This document shows positions 1 through 10,159 of a stretch of DNA of 53,028 nt, one piece after another. Where the stretch lies: NCBI GenBank assembly GCA_965226555.1, contig CBDDDG010000015.1, positions 1 to 53,028 of the forward strand, in the 5' to 3' direction. Both the position numbers and the translations under genes were made by a program. This DNA comes from Salinispira sp. Lineage in GTDB: Bacteria > Spirochaetota > Spirochaetia > DSM-27196 > Salinispiraceae. The notes below the pieces were generated by a model. It did not search any database and had not been told where the DNA came from. It worked only from the letters and a program-made list of their open reading frames with translations. Each line of letters starts with the position of its first letter. The stretch's first letter is position 1.

Positions 1-333
1 ACAGTGAGCTCAATAAAGACGCAGAAAATACCACCGTCCGGCACCCGCGCCGATAGGGAATTGATGCGGGCGGAATTATTAAAACAGGAAACAGGAAAAT
101 TTGTCGCCGCAGTAAATCCTGATGCTGCGCATGTAATAGATGCTGCTGCGGCATTTAAGGCATATCTGTCCAGCCCCGATGTTCGGGAAAAAATCGACAA
201 CAAGCAATATGGCGCCCTGAGCGGCAGCACCGAATTGACCGATGAAGAATGGACACAATTACCGAAAGTCCTCCGCAGGAAAATTGTGCGCTACGTACGC
301 GATTATGTTGACCTCAGAAAGTTTGCTGCGTAA
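1..333 (+). CDS. Partial CDS (open at window edge); probable C-terminus of a type I restriction enzyme R subunit / DEAD-box helicase
   Basis: Frame is open from position 1. The tail 'ELLKQETGKFVA...FKAYLSSPDVREKIDNKQY...IVRYVRDYVDLRKFAA' resembles, from memory, the C-termini of HsdR-type R subunits. Not verified by search. Confidence 0.45.
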   Translation, partial: TVSSIKTQKIPPSGTRADRELMRAELLKQETGKFVAAVNPDAAHVIDAAAAFKAYLSSPDVREKIDNKQYGALSGSTELTDEEWTQLPKVLRRKIVRYVRDYVDLRKFAA

Positions 334-404
334 TGGTTAAGAAATTACCACATTTCAGAAAAAATTACCCCACAATTCTCCAGCACATTCTGTTACACTA
401 CAGT

Positions 405-3400
405 ATGTGTTTCAAAAAATCCCATATTATACCAATTATTCTTGTACTGAGCGCAATTTTTATTGCATTGCTTGCCGGATGTCCAATGCCGGACATTGAT
501 CTGATATCTGATGGCGGACTCAACCCGCCGGGCGAAATGGCTGCTCCCAGGCTTGTCCCGGGGGATGAGGAACTCACGGTTCACTGGACGGCGCCTGCCG
601 ATGACGGAGGCAGCCCCATTACCGGATATGAACTACAGTATCGCGAAGTTGCCGGACCGGCAGAAAACTGGATTCCTGAAGCGGACGATCCCGCTATTAT
701 TGTTGAAAGTACTGCGACAAGCCACACCATCACGGGCATGACAAACAGCACCGAGTACGAGGTGCGCGCACGCGCCGTGAACGTGATGGGGAAGGGCGAC
801 TGGTCGGAACCGAGCGAAGGAGGAGCCCCTGTTGACAATCTTCCCATGCAGCCGACCGCGCTTGTGCTCACAGCAGGAGATACGCAGATTACCGCAGCAT
901 GGACGGCGCCGGAAGAGAACGGCAGCCCCCCCATTACCGGATATGAACTACAGTATCGCGAAGTTGCCGACCCGGCAGGAAGCTGGCTGGATTCGAATAC
1001 GACAACGACCATTACCTCCGACGTCATCGGCATAAACACACGCCACACCATTACGGGCCTGACAAACGGTACCGCGTACGAGGTGCAGGTGTACGCTGTC
1101 AATGTCACGGGCGGTGGTACCCCGTCGGAAAGTGCCATAGCAACCCCCGCAACACCTCCTGTAGCGCCTGCTGCTCCCACGCTTGTCCCGGGGAATGGGG
1201 AACTCACGGTTCACTGGACTTCTCCGAACAATGGCGGCAGCCCCATTACCGGCTATGAACTACAGTATCGCGAAGTTGCCGACCCGGCAGGAAACTGGAT
1301 TCCTGAAGCGGACGATCCCGCTATTATTGTTGAAGGTACTGCGACAAGCCACACCATCACGGACCTGACAAACAGCACCGAGTACGAGGTGCGCGCACGC
1401 GCCGTGAACGTGATGGGGAAGGGCGACTGGTCGGAACCGAGCGCAGGAGCATCCCCTGTTGGCAATCTTCCCATGCGGCCGACCGCGCTTGTGCTCACAG
1501 CAGGAAATACGCAGATTATCGCAGCATGGACGGCTCCGACCGATGACGGCGGCAGCCCTATTACCTATGAACTACAGTATCGCGAAGTTACCAGCCCGGC
1601 AGGAAGCTGGCTGGATTCGAATACGACAACGACCATTTCCTCCATTGCCGCGACAAGCCACACCATTACGGGCCTAACAAACGGTACCGCGTACGAGGTG
1701 CAGGTGTACGCTGTCAATGTCACGGGCAATAGCACCCCGTCGGAAAGTGCCGCAGCAACCCCCGCAGCACCTCCTCCTGCGCCTGCTGCTCCGACAATTG
1801 AAATAAGGAACACGGAACTTGTGGTTCATATATTCCAGTTGAGGATATCAAGCGATGATGGCGAGAGTGCGATCACTGCCTCTCACCTGCGTTATCGCGA
1901 GGGCAGCAGCGGAAGCTGGACGGAGATTACCTCCGGCTTCACGAACATATGCAAGGATACGGTCGACGAAGTATGTAGTCATATAATTACCGGACTGACA
2001 AACGGCAACAGCTATGAAGTACAGGTGCGCTTCGTGAATGCGATGGGTGTGGGCGCGTGGGGCGCATCGGCCACAGCAACCCCTGCAGCACCTCCTTCTG
2101 CGCCTGCTCCTCCCACGCTTGTCGCGGGTGATAGGCAGATTATTGCAACATGGACGGCGCCGGAAGAGAACGGCGGCTCCATTACCGGGTATGAATTGTT
2201 ATATTATGATTCAAATAATACGTCTGATAGTAGCTTGATAGGGAGCATTGAGGGAATTACCGGCACAAGCCACACCATTACCGGATTGACAAACACCATT
2301 GCCTACGGTGTAGTAGTGCTTGCCGTAAATGGGGCGGGCAATAGTCAGTGGTCAGAACCTGCTGTTGCAACTCCAGTCGGTCCTCCTTCTGCGCCTGTTC
2401 CTATGCTTGTCGCGGGGGGTGGGAAAATTACCGTAACATGGACGGAGCCGAACAATGGCGGCCGTCGCATTAGCTCGTATCATCTACAGTATAAGCCTAA
2501 CTCTACAAGCAGCTGGGGGAATACGATTGTAATTGGGAGCGCCTCCGCCACCTACGAGATTACGGGACTGCATGAGAGCACGAGGTATGATGTGCGGATG
2601 CGCGCACTGAACGGTCTGGGTCTGGGTGATTGGTCACAAACTGTTTCGGAGAGTACATTCAGTCCTCCTTCTGCGCCTGCTGCTCCCAGTCTTGTCGCGA
2701 GGAGTGGGAAAATTACCGCAACATGGACGGCGCCGGCCAATGGCGGCACCCCCATTACCGGGTATCAACTACAGTATAAGCTCTCGGAAAGTAACTGGAT
2801 GAATGCTGCTCCTATTATTGTAATTCCAATTGCCGCGTACAAGATCTACACCATTACGGGACTGTATGAGAGCACCAAGTATGATGTGCGGATTCTCGCA
2901 CGGAACGCTGCGGGTCTGAGTGATTGGTCAGAAGCTGCTTCGGCAACTACACCTGTCGGCAATCCCAAGCTGCGAATTGTCGGGTATACCCCGTATCGTG
3001 ATTTTGATTATAATGATTCTACGGATAATACTCAATATTACGTTGAAGATAATATATTTGATTATCTGACAGATGTCATTCTTCTTGCTCATACGTATAT
3101 TGATATACTCGAACCCGATTCTCAACCAGATGGGCTGCAGAATTTTAAAACAGCTGCCGCCGGAAAGAGCGCGCGGCTATGGTACAGCGCGGGGTCATCA
3201 CCCAGCGGCGGCGGACTGGGCAATATCATAGGTAATCCAACAAAGCGGGCGAAAAATATCCGGAATATAGTAGAGTTTATTGTTAATAACGGTTTTTATG
3301 GTCTTGATATCGATTGGGAATGGCCATCTAGCGGTCAATGGCCTGCATTTGTTACCTATTTAACCGAGTTGAAAGCAGAATTGAATGCGGATGGGAAAAA

Positions 3401-4376
3401 ACTCTCAATTGCTGTAGTTAGTGGTTTGTCCCTAATAGATTCTGCGCCTGCCTCAGTTGTCAATGCCGTTGATTATGTGAATATTATGGCATACGAGAGT
3501 TCGGGCCAGGATAGTTTTGGTGAATGGGGTAATGATACATATGGTGATGCGGTAGATGAGATGAATGCATTCCTTGACAAAGGATTTGCGCGTGAGCAAC
3601 TAAACATTGGGACTGGCTTCTATGGGGTTGCTCCAGCGTCAGCGCCACAGGCCTGGTATACTTTCTGGGATGGATATGAATCTTCATATCGTACTATTCG
3701 GACAAACTATCCTGATATGCCTTCTTCTCAAAATGTTGTAGATGGCTATAAAATTAACAATATTGATCTGATCAAGAGAAAAACAAATATGGCAATTAAT
3801 GAAAAACTGGGAGGAATCATGATCTGGGAAATGGGTTTTGATCTTCCACTACAAGATCCTCGGTCACTTCTCAGGGCGATGCTTGAGGTTGGGGATCCTA
3901 CCCGTAGATTACCTTCTGCGAGTAAGGTATCTTTCCCCGTTGGCGGCGGACTGAAAAGAGATCTCTGGCTTGACATTACCGGCAACAGCATTGCCGATTT
4001 AACGAATAATTCAAATTATCCTCATAATCCCGATTATCGCAGTGTGGTTTATGATTTTGTCGCTCCAAAAAATTGGAGAAATGATTACGGCCAAAGAATA
4101 TATGGGTATATTACACCACAGGTAACAGGAACCTATACGTTCTGGATTGCTGCTGATAATCAGGCTGAATTGTATTTTGGTTCTTCTCCAGATAGCAAAC
4201 AAAAAATTGCCTCTGATAACAAACGGCAATCAGTGACCCAAAACTTAGTTGCCGGTACCAAGTATTACGTTGAAGTACTTCACAAGGAAGGCGGGGGAAG
4301 TGATTATGTCACTGTTGAATGGCAAATTTCTGGTGGTGAAAGAGAGGTCATAAGACAAAAATATTTAGAACCATGA
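405..4376 (+). CDS. Surface lipoprotein: 8 fibronectin type III domains + GH18 chitinase-like domain + PA14 domain
   Basis: Start moved to ATG 405, which gives signal peptide MCFKKSHIIPIILVLSAIFIALLAG-C(PMP). Eight W-TAP..GGS.ITGY.LQY...Y.V.VRA.N..G units follow. GH18 catalytic motif GLDIDWE and GGIMIWE are present. The C-terminus is PA14-like (YGQRIYGYI.P..TGTYTFWIAADN..EL; KEGGG.D.V.VEW). Confidence 0.9.
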   Translation: MCFKKSHIIPIILVLSAIFIALLAGCPMPDIDLISDGGLNPPGEMAAPRLVPGDEELTVHWTAPADDGGSPITGYELQYREVAGPAENWIPEADDPAIIVESTATSHTITGMTNSTEYEVRARAVNVMGKGDWSEPSEGGAPVDNLPMQPTALVLTAGDTQITAAWTAPEENGSPPITGYELQYREVADPAGSWLDSNTTTTITSDVIGINTRHTITGLTNGTAYEVQVYAVNVTGGGTPSESAIATPATPPVAPAAPTLVPGNGELTVHWTSPNNGGSPITGYELQYREVADPAGNWIPEADDPAIIVEGTATSHTITDLTNSTEYEVRARAVNVMGKGDWSEPSAGASPVGNLPMRPTALVLTAGNTQIIAAWTAPTDDGGSPITYELQYREVTSPAGSWLDSNTTTTISSIAATSHTITGLTNGTAYEVQVYAVNVTGNSTPSESAAATPAAPPPAPAAPTIEIRNTELVVHIFQLRISSDDGESAITASHLRYREGSSGSWTEITSGFTNICKDTVDEVCSHIITGLTNGNSYEVQVRFVNAMGVGAWGASATATPAAPPSAPAPPTLVAGDRQIIATWTAPEENGGSITGYELLYYDSNNTSDSSLIGSIEGITGTSHTITGLTNTIAYGVVVLAVNGAGNSQWSEPAVATPVGPPSAPVPMLVAGGGKITVTWTEPNNGGRRISSYHLQYKPNSTSSWGNTIVIGSASATYEITGLHESTRYDVRMRALNGLGLGDWSQTVSESTFSPPSAPAAPSLVARSGKITATWTAPANGGTPITGYQLQYKLSESNWMNAAPIIVIPIAAYKIYTITGLYESTKYDVRILARNAAGLSDWSEAASATTPVGNPKLRIVGYTPYRDFDYNDSTDNTQYYVEDNIFDYLTDVILLAHTYIDILEPDSQPDGLQNFKTAAAGKSARLWYSAGSSPSGGGLGNIIGNPTKRAKNIRNIVEFIVNNGFYGLDIDWEWPSSGQWPAFVTYLTELKAELNADGKKLSIAVVSGLSLIDSAPASVVNAVDYVNIMAYESSGQDSFGEWGNDTYGDAVDEMNAFLDKGFAREQLNIGTGFYGVAPASAPQAWYTFWDGYESSYRTIRTNYPDMPSSQNVVDGYKINNIDLIKRKTNMAINEKLGGIMIWEMGFDLPLQDPRSLLRAMLEVGDPTRRLPSASKVSFPVGGGLKRDLWLDITGNSIADLTNNSNYPHNPDYRSVVYDFVAPKNWRNDYGQRIYGYITPQVTGTYTFWIAADNQAELYFGSSPDSKQKIASDNKRQSVTQNLVAGTKYYVEVLHKEGGGSDYVTVEWQISGGEREVIRQKYLEP
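551..1790 (+). repeat. Intragenic tandem duplication of a two-FN3 unit (~630 bp x2)
   Basis: 551 gcttgtcccgggggatgaggaactcacggttcactggac matches 1181 gcttgtcccggggaatggggaactcacggttcactggac; long near-identical stretches continue through both units. Confidence 0.9.
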
Positions 4377-4443
4377 TGTGCCGAACTTACCGGACTATGT
4401 TCACATAAAGTCGTAGTACTGATGTGCTTGGACGAAGCCCATG

Positions 4444-4477
4444 AAGCTGCCTCATTACTGTATGAGGCAGCTTTTTT
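4444..4477 (+). terminator. Rho-independent terminator
   Basis: 12-bp stem AAGCTGCCTCAT / ATGAGGCAGCTT followed by a T-run, downstream of the GH18 gene. Confidence 0.85.
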
Positions 4478-4550
4478 CTTGTTTCAATAGGTATATTATC
4501 AAAGAGGCGGCATTACCTTGACCAATTCAAAATCATGGAATATCTTAGTA

Positions 4551-4604
4551 GAAAGTTTTGCTGCTGGAAATTGTGCAAGCACAATTTTCCAATGTAAAAA
4601 TTTC
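4551..4604 (+). repeat. Dispersed 54-bp palindromic element, copy 1
   Basis: GAAAGTTTTGCTGCTGGAAATTGTGCAAGCACAATTTTCCAATGTAAAAATTTC; matches copies at 7808, 14984 and 38906. Confidence 0.9.
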
Positions 4605-4615
4605 TCTTATGTTTC

Positions 4616-4645
4616 TTGACGCTATGGAACTTAATGTGTTATATT
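4616..4645 (+). promoter_or_regulatory. Putative sigma70 promoter of yajC-secDF
   Basis: TTGACG-18 nt-TATATT with an extended TG, about 35 nt upstream of the yajC ATG. Confidence 0.5.
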
Positions 4646-4678
4646 CTCTTTATTGATATTTCTGTATAGGATAAACGA

Positions 4679-5050
4679 ATGAATAATTTATTTAATTTTT
4701 CTCAATTTTTGCAAGCTGCTCCGGCAGGCGGAAACCCTCAGGCATTGTCGACCATTGTTATGTTCGGCCTCATATTTCTGATATTCTACTTCCTCATTAT
4801 ACGGCCGCAGAATAAACGTCAGAAAGAAAGCAAGGCAATGCTTGAAAAGCTGAAAAAAGGCGACAAGGTTCAGACCATCGGAGGTGTCCGTGGAGTTATA
4901 CATTCCGTAAAAGATGACAGCATCATCGTCAAAGTAGCTGATAGCTGCAATATGGAATTTGTCCGCAGTGCCATTGCGAATGTCATTACCCCGGAAGAGA
5001 AACCGGCAAAAAAATCTTCAGGCAAGGAAAATAAAGATACTGCATCATGA
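4679..5050 (+). CDS. yajC: Preprotein translocase subunit YajC
   Basis: IFYFLIIRPQNKRQK...LKKGDKVQTIGG motif; directly upstream of secDF. Confidence 0.97.
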   Translation: MNNLFNFSQFLQAAPAGGNPQALSTIVMFGLIFLIFYFLIIRPQNKRQKESKAMLEKLKKGDKVQTIGGVRGVIHSVKDDSIIVKVADSCNMEFVRSAIANVITPEEKPAKKSSGKENKDTAS

Positions 5051-6789
5051 AGCGATTCAGGATTATTTTTCTGCTCCTTATCATTGCGATTGCTGGGGCA
5101 TTGCTTTCTCCCACAATTAATTGGTATTTCTTGGCAGACAGTGATATGCGGACAATCGCTTCCAGTTCCCGCGAGGAAATTCGCCGGTATACGCAGGCAA
5201 AGGCCAAAACGGATATTTCACGGCTTGTTATTCTTGCGCAGGGCAGTGAGGATAGTCCCCTTCCCGATGATCTGGAAGCAGTCCGAAAGCGGGCAGAGAC
5301 ACTGCGCGCGCTTGATGGCTCCGAAATCCCGCAGACTTGGACTGTGCGTAATGTACTGGCCTCATTTCGGGATCAGGATGATGCCCTCCGTCAAATGGAA
5401 GAACATTACCGTGAAGAAATTTTTATTTTCAAGGAACGTAAGAACCGCATTATCAACCTCGGTCTGGACCTTTCAGGCGGAATAAATGTGGTTCTCGAAG
5501 CCGATATCGACAGCCTTTCCGAGCGTCTCGGACGGCAGCCGAATGAGGAAGAAGTTCTGGAAGCCATTGATCTCGCCCTTGAAATTCTCAACAATCGTAT
5601 TGATACCTTCGGGGTAACCGAACCGATTATCCGGCGGCAGGAAGGCGGTAACCGCATTGAAATTGAAATTCCCGGAGATAACGACCCGGAACGCGTCAAC
5701 GCCTTTCTTGTTGGTCAGGGAAGTCTCCGCCTGCAGATTGTTGACGATGAGGCAACATCGGAGTTGCTTTCATATCAGAATGAATTCAGAGCCGAAAACA
5801 ATCTTGACTGGGAGCCTGAGCGCGATCCATACCCGGAATTCATTCCGGCGGGTTCGGTAATCCGCCCCTACGTGCAGAAAGATGAATACAACATTGACTA
5901 TATTGTTCGGTACATCGTTACCCGGGAAGACAGCTCAAACGTACTCGATGGTTCCCACATTCAGGAAGCGGACACATCGAGCGATTCCTTTACCGGCCGC
6001 CCGACAACGACCTTTGTTCTCGATAATGAGGGCTCCGGCATTTTTCAACGGATCACCGGCGCGAACATCGGTTCGAGTCTTGCCATTGTTATGGACGACA
6101 AGGTACGCGCCTACGCGCGAATTTCCAGTGAAATTGCCGGGGGGTCGGTACAGATCACCGGATTTACTGCTGAAGAATCGCGGAACATTGCCCGCGTACT
6201 CCAAACAGCGGCTCTTCCGGTCGATCTCATTGTTGTGAATCAGCAGCGGGTTGGCGCAACCCTCGGTCAGGATGCCGTTAACGCGGGTTTACGGGCAATT
6301 TTTTATGGTATGCTTGCCGTTATTGTCTTTATGCTTCTGTATTATAAGGGAGCGGGATTCATAGCCGATGTTACCCTGCTGTTGAATCTTCTGTTCATCA
6401 TAGCGCTTCTGTCGGCATTTAATCTCACACTCACATTAACGAGCATTGCAGGACTCATTTTAACAGTGGGTATGGCTGTTGATGCGAATGTTATTATTTT
6501 TGAACGTATAAAAGAAGAATATCGCCTTGGTAAACCGGCAGCTGTCTCTGTGGAAGCAGGATACAAGAAAGCTTTCTGGACAATTGTCGATGCCAACCTT
6601 ACTACCGGTATCGCTGCAGTGTTTCTTTCCTTTCTTGGTACAGGCCCTATTCAGGGCTTTGCGGTTACCCTCAGCGTGGGAATTGTCAGTTCGGTTTTTA
6701 CTGCTCTGTGGGTCACCCGGCTCTTCTTTGATATAGCCACCGAAGGCTTCGGCAGGCAGAAATTGAGCATAGCGTGGAGGTTCCGATAA
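5047..6789 (+). CDS. secD: Protein translocase subunit SecD
   Basis: LGLDLSGG, NRIDTFGVTEP and GMAVDANVIIFERIKEE motifs. Confidence 0.98.
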   Translation: MKRFRIIFLLLIIAIAGALLSPTINWYFLADSDMRTIASSSREEIRRYTQAKAKTDISRLVILAQGSEDSPLPDDLEAVRKRAETLRALDGSEIPQTWTVRNVLASFRDQDDALRQMEEHYREEIFIFKERKNRIINLGLDLSGGINVVLEADIDSLSERLGRQPNEEEVLEAIDLALEILNNRIDTFGVTEPIIRRQEGGNRIEIEIPGDNDPERVNAFLVGQGSLRLQIVDDEATSELLSYQNEFRAENNLDWEPERDPYPEFIPAGSVIRPYVQKDEYNIDYIVRYIVTREDSSNVLDGSHIQEADTSSDSFTGRPTTTFVLDNEGSGIFQRITGANIGSSLAIVMDDKVRAYARISSEIAGGSVQITGFTAEESRNIARVLQTAALPVDLIVVNQQRVGATLGQDAVNAGLRAIFYGMLAVIVFMLLYYKGAGFIADVTLLLNLLFIIALLSAFNLTLTLTSIAGLILTVGMAVDANVIIFERIKEEYRLGKPAAVSVEAGYKKAFWTIVDANLTTGIAAVFLSFLGTGPIQGFAVTLSVGIVSSVFTALWVTRLFFDIATEGFGRQKLSIAWRFR

Positions 6790-7805
6790 TGCGGAAAACA
6801 ATTCGCTTTACCAAGATCAGATTTCTCATGATTACCATTTCCATTTTAACCCTTGCAGGGGGGCTCGCGCTGACCATTGTTAACGGCGGGTTTAATCTTG
6901 GTGTTGATTTTCAGGCAGGACTGAATCTTCACATTCAGGTCTCATCATCCTCGCCGGTTGCGGTAGCCGATGTTCGGGAGGCTCTTTCATCATTTGACGG
7001 AGTGCAGATTCAGGAACTTGGGGCGCCCGAGCTTCAGCGATTTACGGTGCGCATTCGCGATGATGGAACAGTCAGCGATTTTTCCAATGTTAAACGGAGG
7101 GAAATATCGACGGTTCTTGCTTCATCATTCCCCGCTTTCGAGATTCTGGGAGAAGATTACGTGGAACCGCGCTTTGCTGCGAATCTTGCGGTTAATACGA
7201 CGACGCTGGTTATCGCCGCCATGGGCTGTATTCTCGTGTATTTGTGGATACGCTTTCGTTTTGCCTACGCGCTTAGTTCGCTTGCCGCCCTTGTTCATGA
7301 CATTGGTTTTATGGTTCTGTTTATCGGGGCATTTCAGATTGAGGTGAGTTCGGCAACCATAGCTGCTGTTCTCACAATTATCGGATATTCTCTCAATGAC
7401 ACCATCGTTATATTTGACCGTATCCGTGAAAATGAGAAACTCCTTTCCGATTCATCGTTTGCGGGCATAATTGATGTATCGGTTACCCAGAGTCTTAGCA
7501 GAACAATTATTACGTCACTTACAACTCTTCTTGCCGTTTCTGCCATTTTCATATTCACCACCGGGGTTATCCAGAATTTTGCCCTGAATATGATTGTTGG
7601 TGTGCTTGTGGGAACCTACTCATCCATTTTCATAGCAAGTCCTGTTCTTCTTCTGCTCAATAAAATTAATAAAAAGGGAAAAAAGAAGAAGCGGGAAAAG
7701 GTGAAAGCGAAGGAAGCCAATGCGGAAGTATCGGCCCCCGTTGTGGATAGTTCAGCTCTTAAGGCCGAAATTCGTGCGCAGCGTCAGCGAAAGAAAAAAC
7801 ACTAA
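6789..7805 (+). CDS. secF: Protein translocase subunit SecF
   Basis: LGVDFQAG, IIGYSLNDTIVIFDRIREN and GTYSSIFIA motifs; the ATG overlaps the secD stop (TAATG). Confidence 0.98.
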   Translation: MRKTIRFTKIRFLMITISILTLAGGLALTIVNGGFNLGVDFQAGLNLHIQVSSSSPVAVADVREALSSFDGVQIQELGAPELQRFTVRIRDDGTVSDFSNVKRREISTVLASSFPAFEILGEDYVEPRFAANLAVNTTTLVIAAMGCILVYLWIRFRFAYALSSLAALVHDIGFMVLFIGAFQIEVSSATIAAVLTIIGYSLNDTIVIFDRIRENEKLLSDSSFAGIIDVSVTQSLSRTIITSLTTLLAVSAIFIFTTGVIQNFALNMIVGVLVGTYSSIFIASPVLLLLNKINKKGKKKKREKVKAKEANAEVSAPVVDSSALKAEIRAQRQRKKKH

Positions 7806-7807
7806 AA

Positions 7808-7861
7808 CAAAGTTTTGCATTGGGAAATTGTGCTTGCACAATTTCCAGTAGCCAAAGTTTC
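7808..7861 (-). repeat. Dispersed 54-bp palindromic element, copy 2 (opposite orientation to copy 1)
   Basis: CAAAGTTTTGCATTGGGAAATTGTGCTTGCACAATTTCCAGTAGCCAAAGTTTC, starting 3 nt after the secF stop. Confidence 0.9.
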
Positions 7862-7888
7862 CGTTAAAAAATTACGGGGGTATTCATA

Positions 7889-10159
7889 TTGAAGAAACTC
7901 ACTACGTTCAACGGTGTTTTTGTTCCTTCATATGAGGCTATTCTCGGGGCAGTACTTTTTCTTATTCTGCCCTTTCTTGTTGGGGGAATGGGCTTTTCCC
8001 GAATGCTTCTCATTGTGGTTATTGCTCATTCCGCTACTATTGCAACCTCCTTTTCCATTGCCGATTGTACAAGTAATGTAACCCGTATTGGTTCGGGCGG
8101 AATGTTTGCCATATCTCGGCAGACCCTCGGTAAGGCCTTCGGCGGTTCCATAGGAATTCAGCTCTTTCTGGCGCAGGCGCTTTCCATCGGTTTCTATGTT
8201 ATTGGTTTTGCCGGAACGCTTCAGGCTGTGCTTATTCAGATCCCGCAGATTTATACCTTTACCGAACAAAATGGTCTGAATACGATGCGGCAGATTCAAT
8301 TCATTGCCGCCGCGCTTGGTTCCATTGCCCTCATTCTTGCCCTTATCGGCGCCGATTTCATTGTAAAAATTCAGATGATAATTTTTCTTATTCTCAGCAT
8401 TTCAGTCGGCGCGATTCTTATCAGCCCGTTTATTCCACAAACGAGAGAACTATTTACCGGTTCCATAAATATGAGCGGAAGCGGTCTCAGTATTGGTTTC
8501 TGGGGCGCCTTTGCCATGTTCTTTCCGGCGGTAACCGGTATAGATGCGGGTGTGGGTATGAGCGGACAACTCAAAAATCCCCGACGTTCGCTTGGCCGCG
8601 GCACATTCCTTGCTATTGGTGTAACATTTCTTGCATATATTCTGCTCGTCTTTGTGTTCAGTTTTATTGATCCCTCCCGTCTCATTCTTCCCGGAGAGCA
8701 GCCGGTATCGGCAGTACAGCTTTTCACTCATCTGCCCTTCATGCAGCTCATTATTCTTCTGGGCATACTATTTGCAACTGGATCATCCACCCTGTCCTAT
8801 CTTATGACTGCGCCCCGCACAATACAGGCTCTTGCTGCCGATGGCCTTCTTCCGAAATTTCTGAGCTTTCTCAAATACGACTTCCGCCGCGGCGGAAATG
8901 AGCCCCGCTGGGCGACCCTCATTACCTTCCTCATGTTTATGCCCATTATCGCGGCGGGAAACATTCAGTTTGCATCGACTGTTGTTGGTATAAGTTTTCT
9001 TACCGTGTACGGATGGGTAAACATGGCAGCCTTTCTGGAACGGATAAGCGGCAACCCCAGTTTCCGGCCGACTGCCAAGGGGCACTGGCTCATATCGCTT
9101 TACGGGTTTTTCATTTGCATTCTGGGCATTGTGCTCTTTAATGCGCTTATTGGGTTGGCGGTGCTTGTTTTTCAGTTTGGTATGTTTTTTCTGCTCCTGC
9201 GCTACCGCTCGGGTAACCGGCTGGAGGGAATTTGGTGGGGGGTTTTGTTCAAAATAATCCAGTGGGATTTCTGGCATATTTCAAAAATTATACAGGGTAC
9301 AAAGAACTGGCGGCCAATTATGCAAACCTTTGGCTATGCTGACAGAGCAGGAACACTTCACAATATACTGGGAATTGCAGATCAAATAAGTACGTATAAG
9401 GGACTGACAATGATGAACATTTTCCGTATTGATGAAGCGACAGACCCCAGCGCAAGCTCCAGCCCCGGCGGTTCCCCAAGGCTGCTGGAAGAAGCTTCAT
9501 ATATTTATCTCCCGCAGAATGAGGTCGAATGCGCTATTACAACCATTGCGCAGTCGGATTTGCCGGGAAATTTCCAGACAAATACCGTACTTCTTCCCAT
9601 GGACAGGCGTTTGAATCTTCTGCGGATTATCAATAACCTCATCCATCAGAAAAAACATGTTCTTCTCTATCTTGATGGAGAGTATGATGGAGAGAAAAAA
9701 TATATCGGCGATGAAAAACCGCGCATCGATATCTGGTGGAAGGGTGAAGGAAACGGCAATCTCATGTCGCTTCTTGCATATATCATTACCCAGAGTGAAA
9801 TAGAATCTTGGACCGGTATTAAACCATCTGATCTGCATATCCGTCTCATCCGCAAACTATCTCCCGAAGAGGATGAAACAGTGCTCGCGGAGGAGCTGCG
9901 GGAACTCATGTACAATGCCCGTCTTTCGGGTGAGCTTGTAACATTACCAGCGGACGGAAACGATTTTCATAAAACAGTCCGCGAGCATAGCAGCGATGCG
10001 GTACTCATTATGCAGGGCATGCCCGGTGAGAGAGCAAGCGGCCTGAAGAAGTTTTTTTCCATTGATGAGCTATTCTTTTCTCATTATTTTGAGCTTTACA
10101 AGGATATGCCTTCCATGCTTTTCATAAAAGCCGCATACACGATCACGCTCCATGAATAA
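7889..10159 (+). CDS. APC-superfamily permease, cation-chloride cotransporter (SLC12)-like, with cytoplasmic C-terminal domain
   Basis: TFNGVFVPS..ILG..LFL, GG.F.ISR.LG..FGGSIG, FFPAVTGI.AG..MSG.LKNP, PSFRPT, KNWRP and IDIWW motifs; about 12 hydrophobic segments; TTG start. Confidence 0.85.
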   Translation: MKKLTTFNGVFVPSYEAILGAVLFLILPFLVGGMGFSRMLLIVVIAHSATIATSFSIADCTSNVTRIGSGGMFAISRQTLGKAFGGSIGIQLFLAQALSIGFYVIGFAGTLQAVLIQIPQIYTFTEQNGLNTMRQIQFIAAALGSIALILALIGADFIVKIQMIIFLILSISVGAILISPFIPQTRELFTGSINMSGSGLSIGFWGAFAMFFPAVTGIDAGVGMSGQLKNPRRSLGRGTFLAIGVTFLAYILLVFVFSFIDPSRLILPGEQPVSAVQLFTHLPFMQLIILLGILFATGSSTLSYLMTAPRTIQALAADGLLPKFLSFLKYDFRRGGNEPRWATLITFLMFMPIIAAGNIQFASTVVGISFLTVYGWVNMAAFLERISGNPSFRPTAKGHWLISLYGFFICILGIVLFNALIGLAVLVFQFGMFFLLLRYRSGNRLEGIWWGVLFKIIQWDFWHISKIIQGTKNWRPIMQTFGYADRAGTLHNILGIADQISTYKGLTMMNIFRIDEATDPSASSSPGGSPRLLEEASYIYLPQNEVECAITTIAQSDLPGNFQTNTVLLPMDRRLNLLRIINNLIHQKKHVLLYLDGEYDGEKKYIGDEKPRIDIWWKGEGNGNLMSLLAYIITQSEIESWTGIKPSDLHIRLIRKLSPEEDETVLAEELRELMYNARLSGELVTLPADGNDFHKTVREHSSDAVLIMQGMPGERASGLKKFFSIDELFFSHYFELYKDMPSMLFIKAAYTITLHE

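Noticed and set aside
4551..4604. Palindromic element as an ordinary Rho-independent terminator
   Set aside because: The stem is AT-rich, the same sequence occurs at unrelated loci in both orientations, and this copy lies downstream of a proper terminator (4444-4477).
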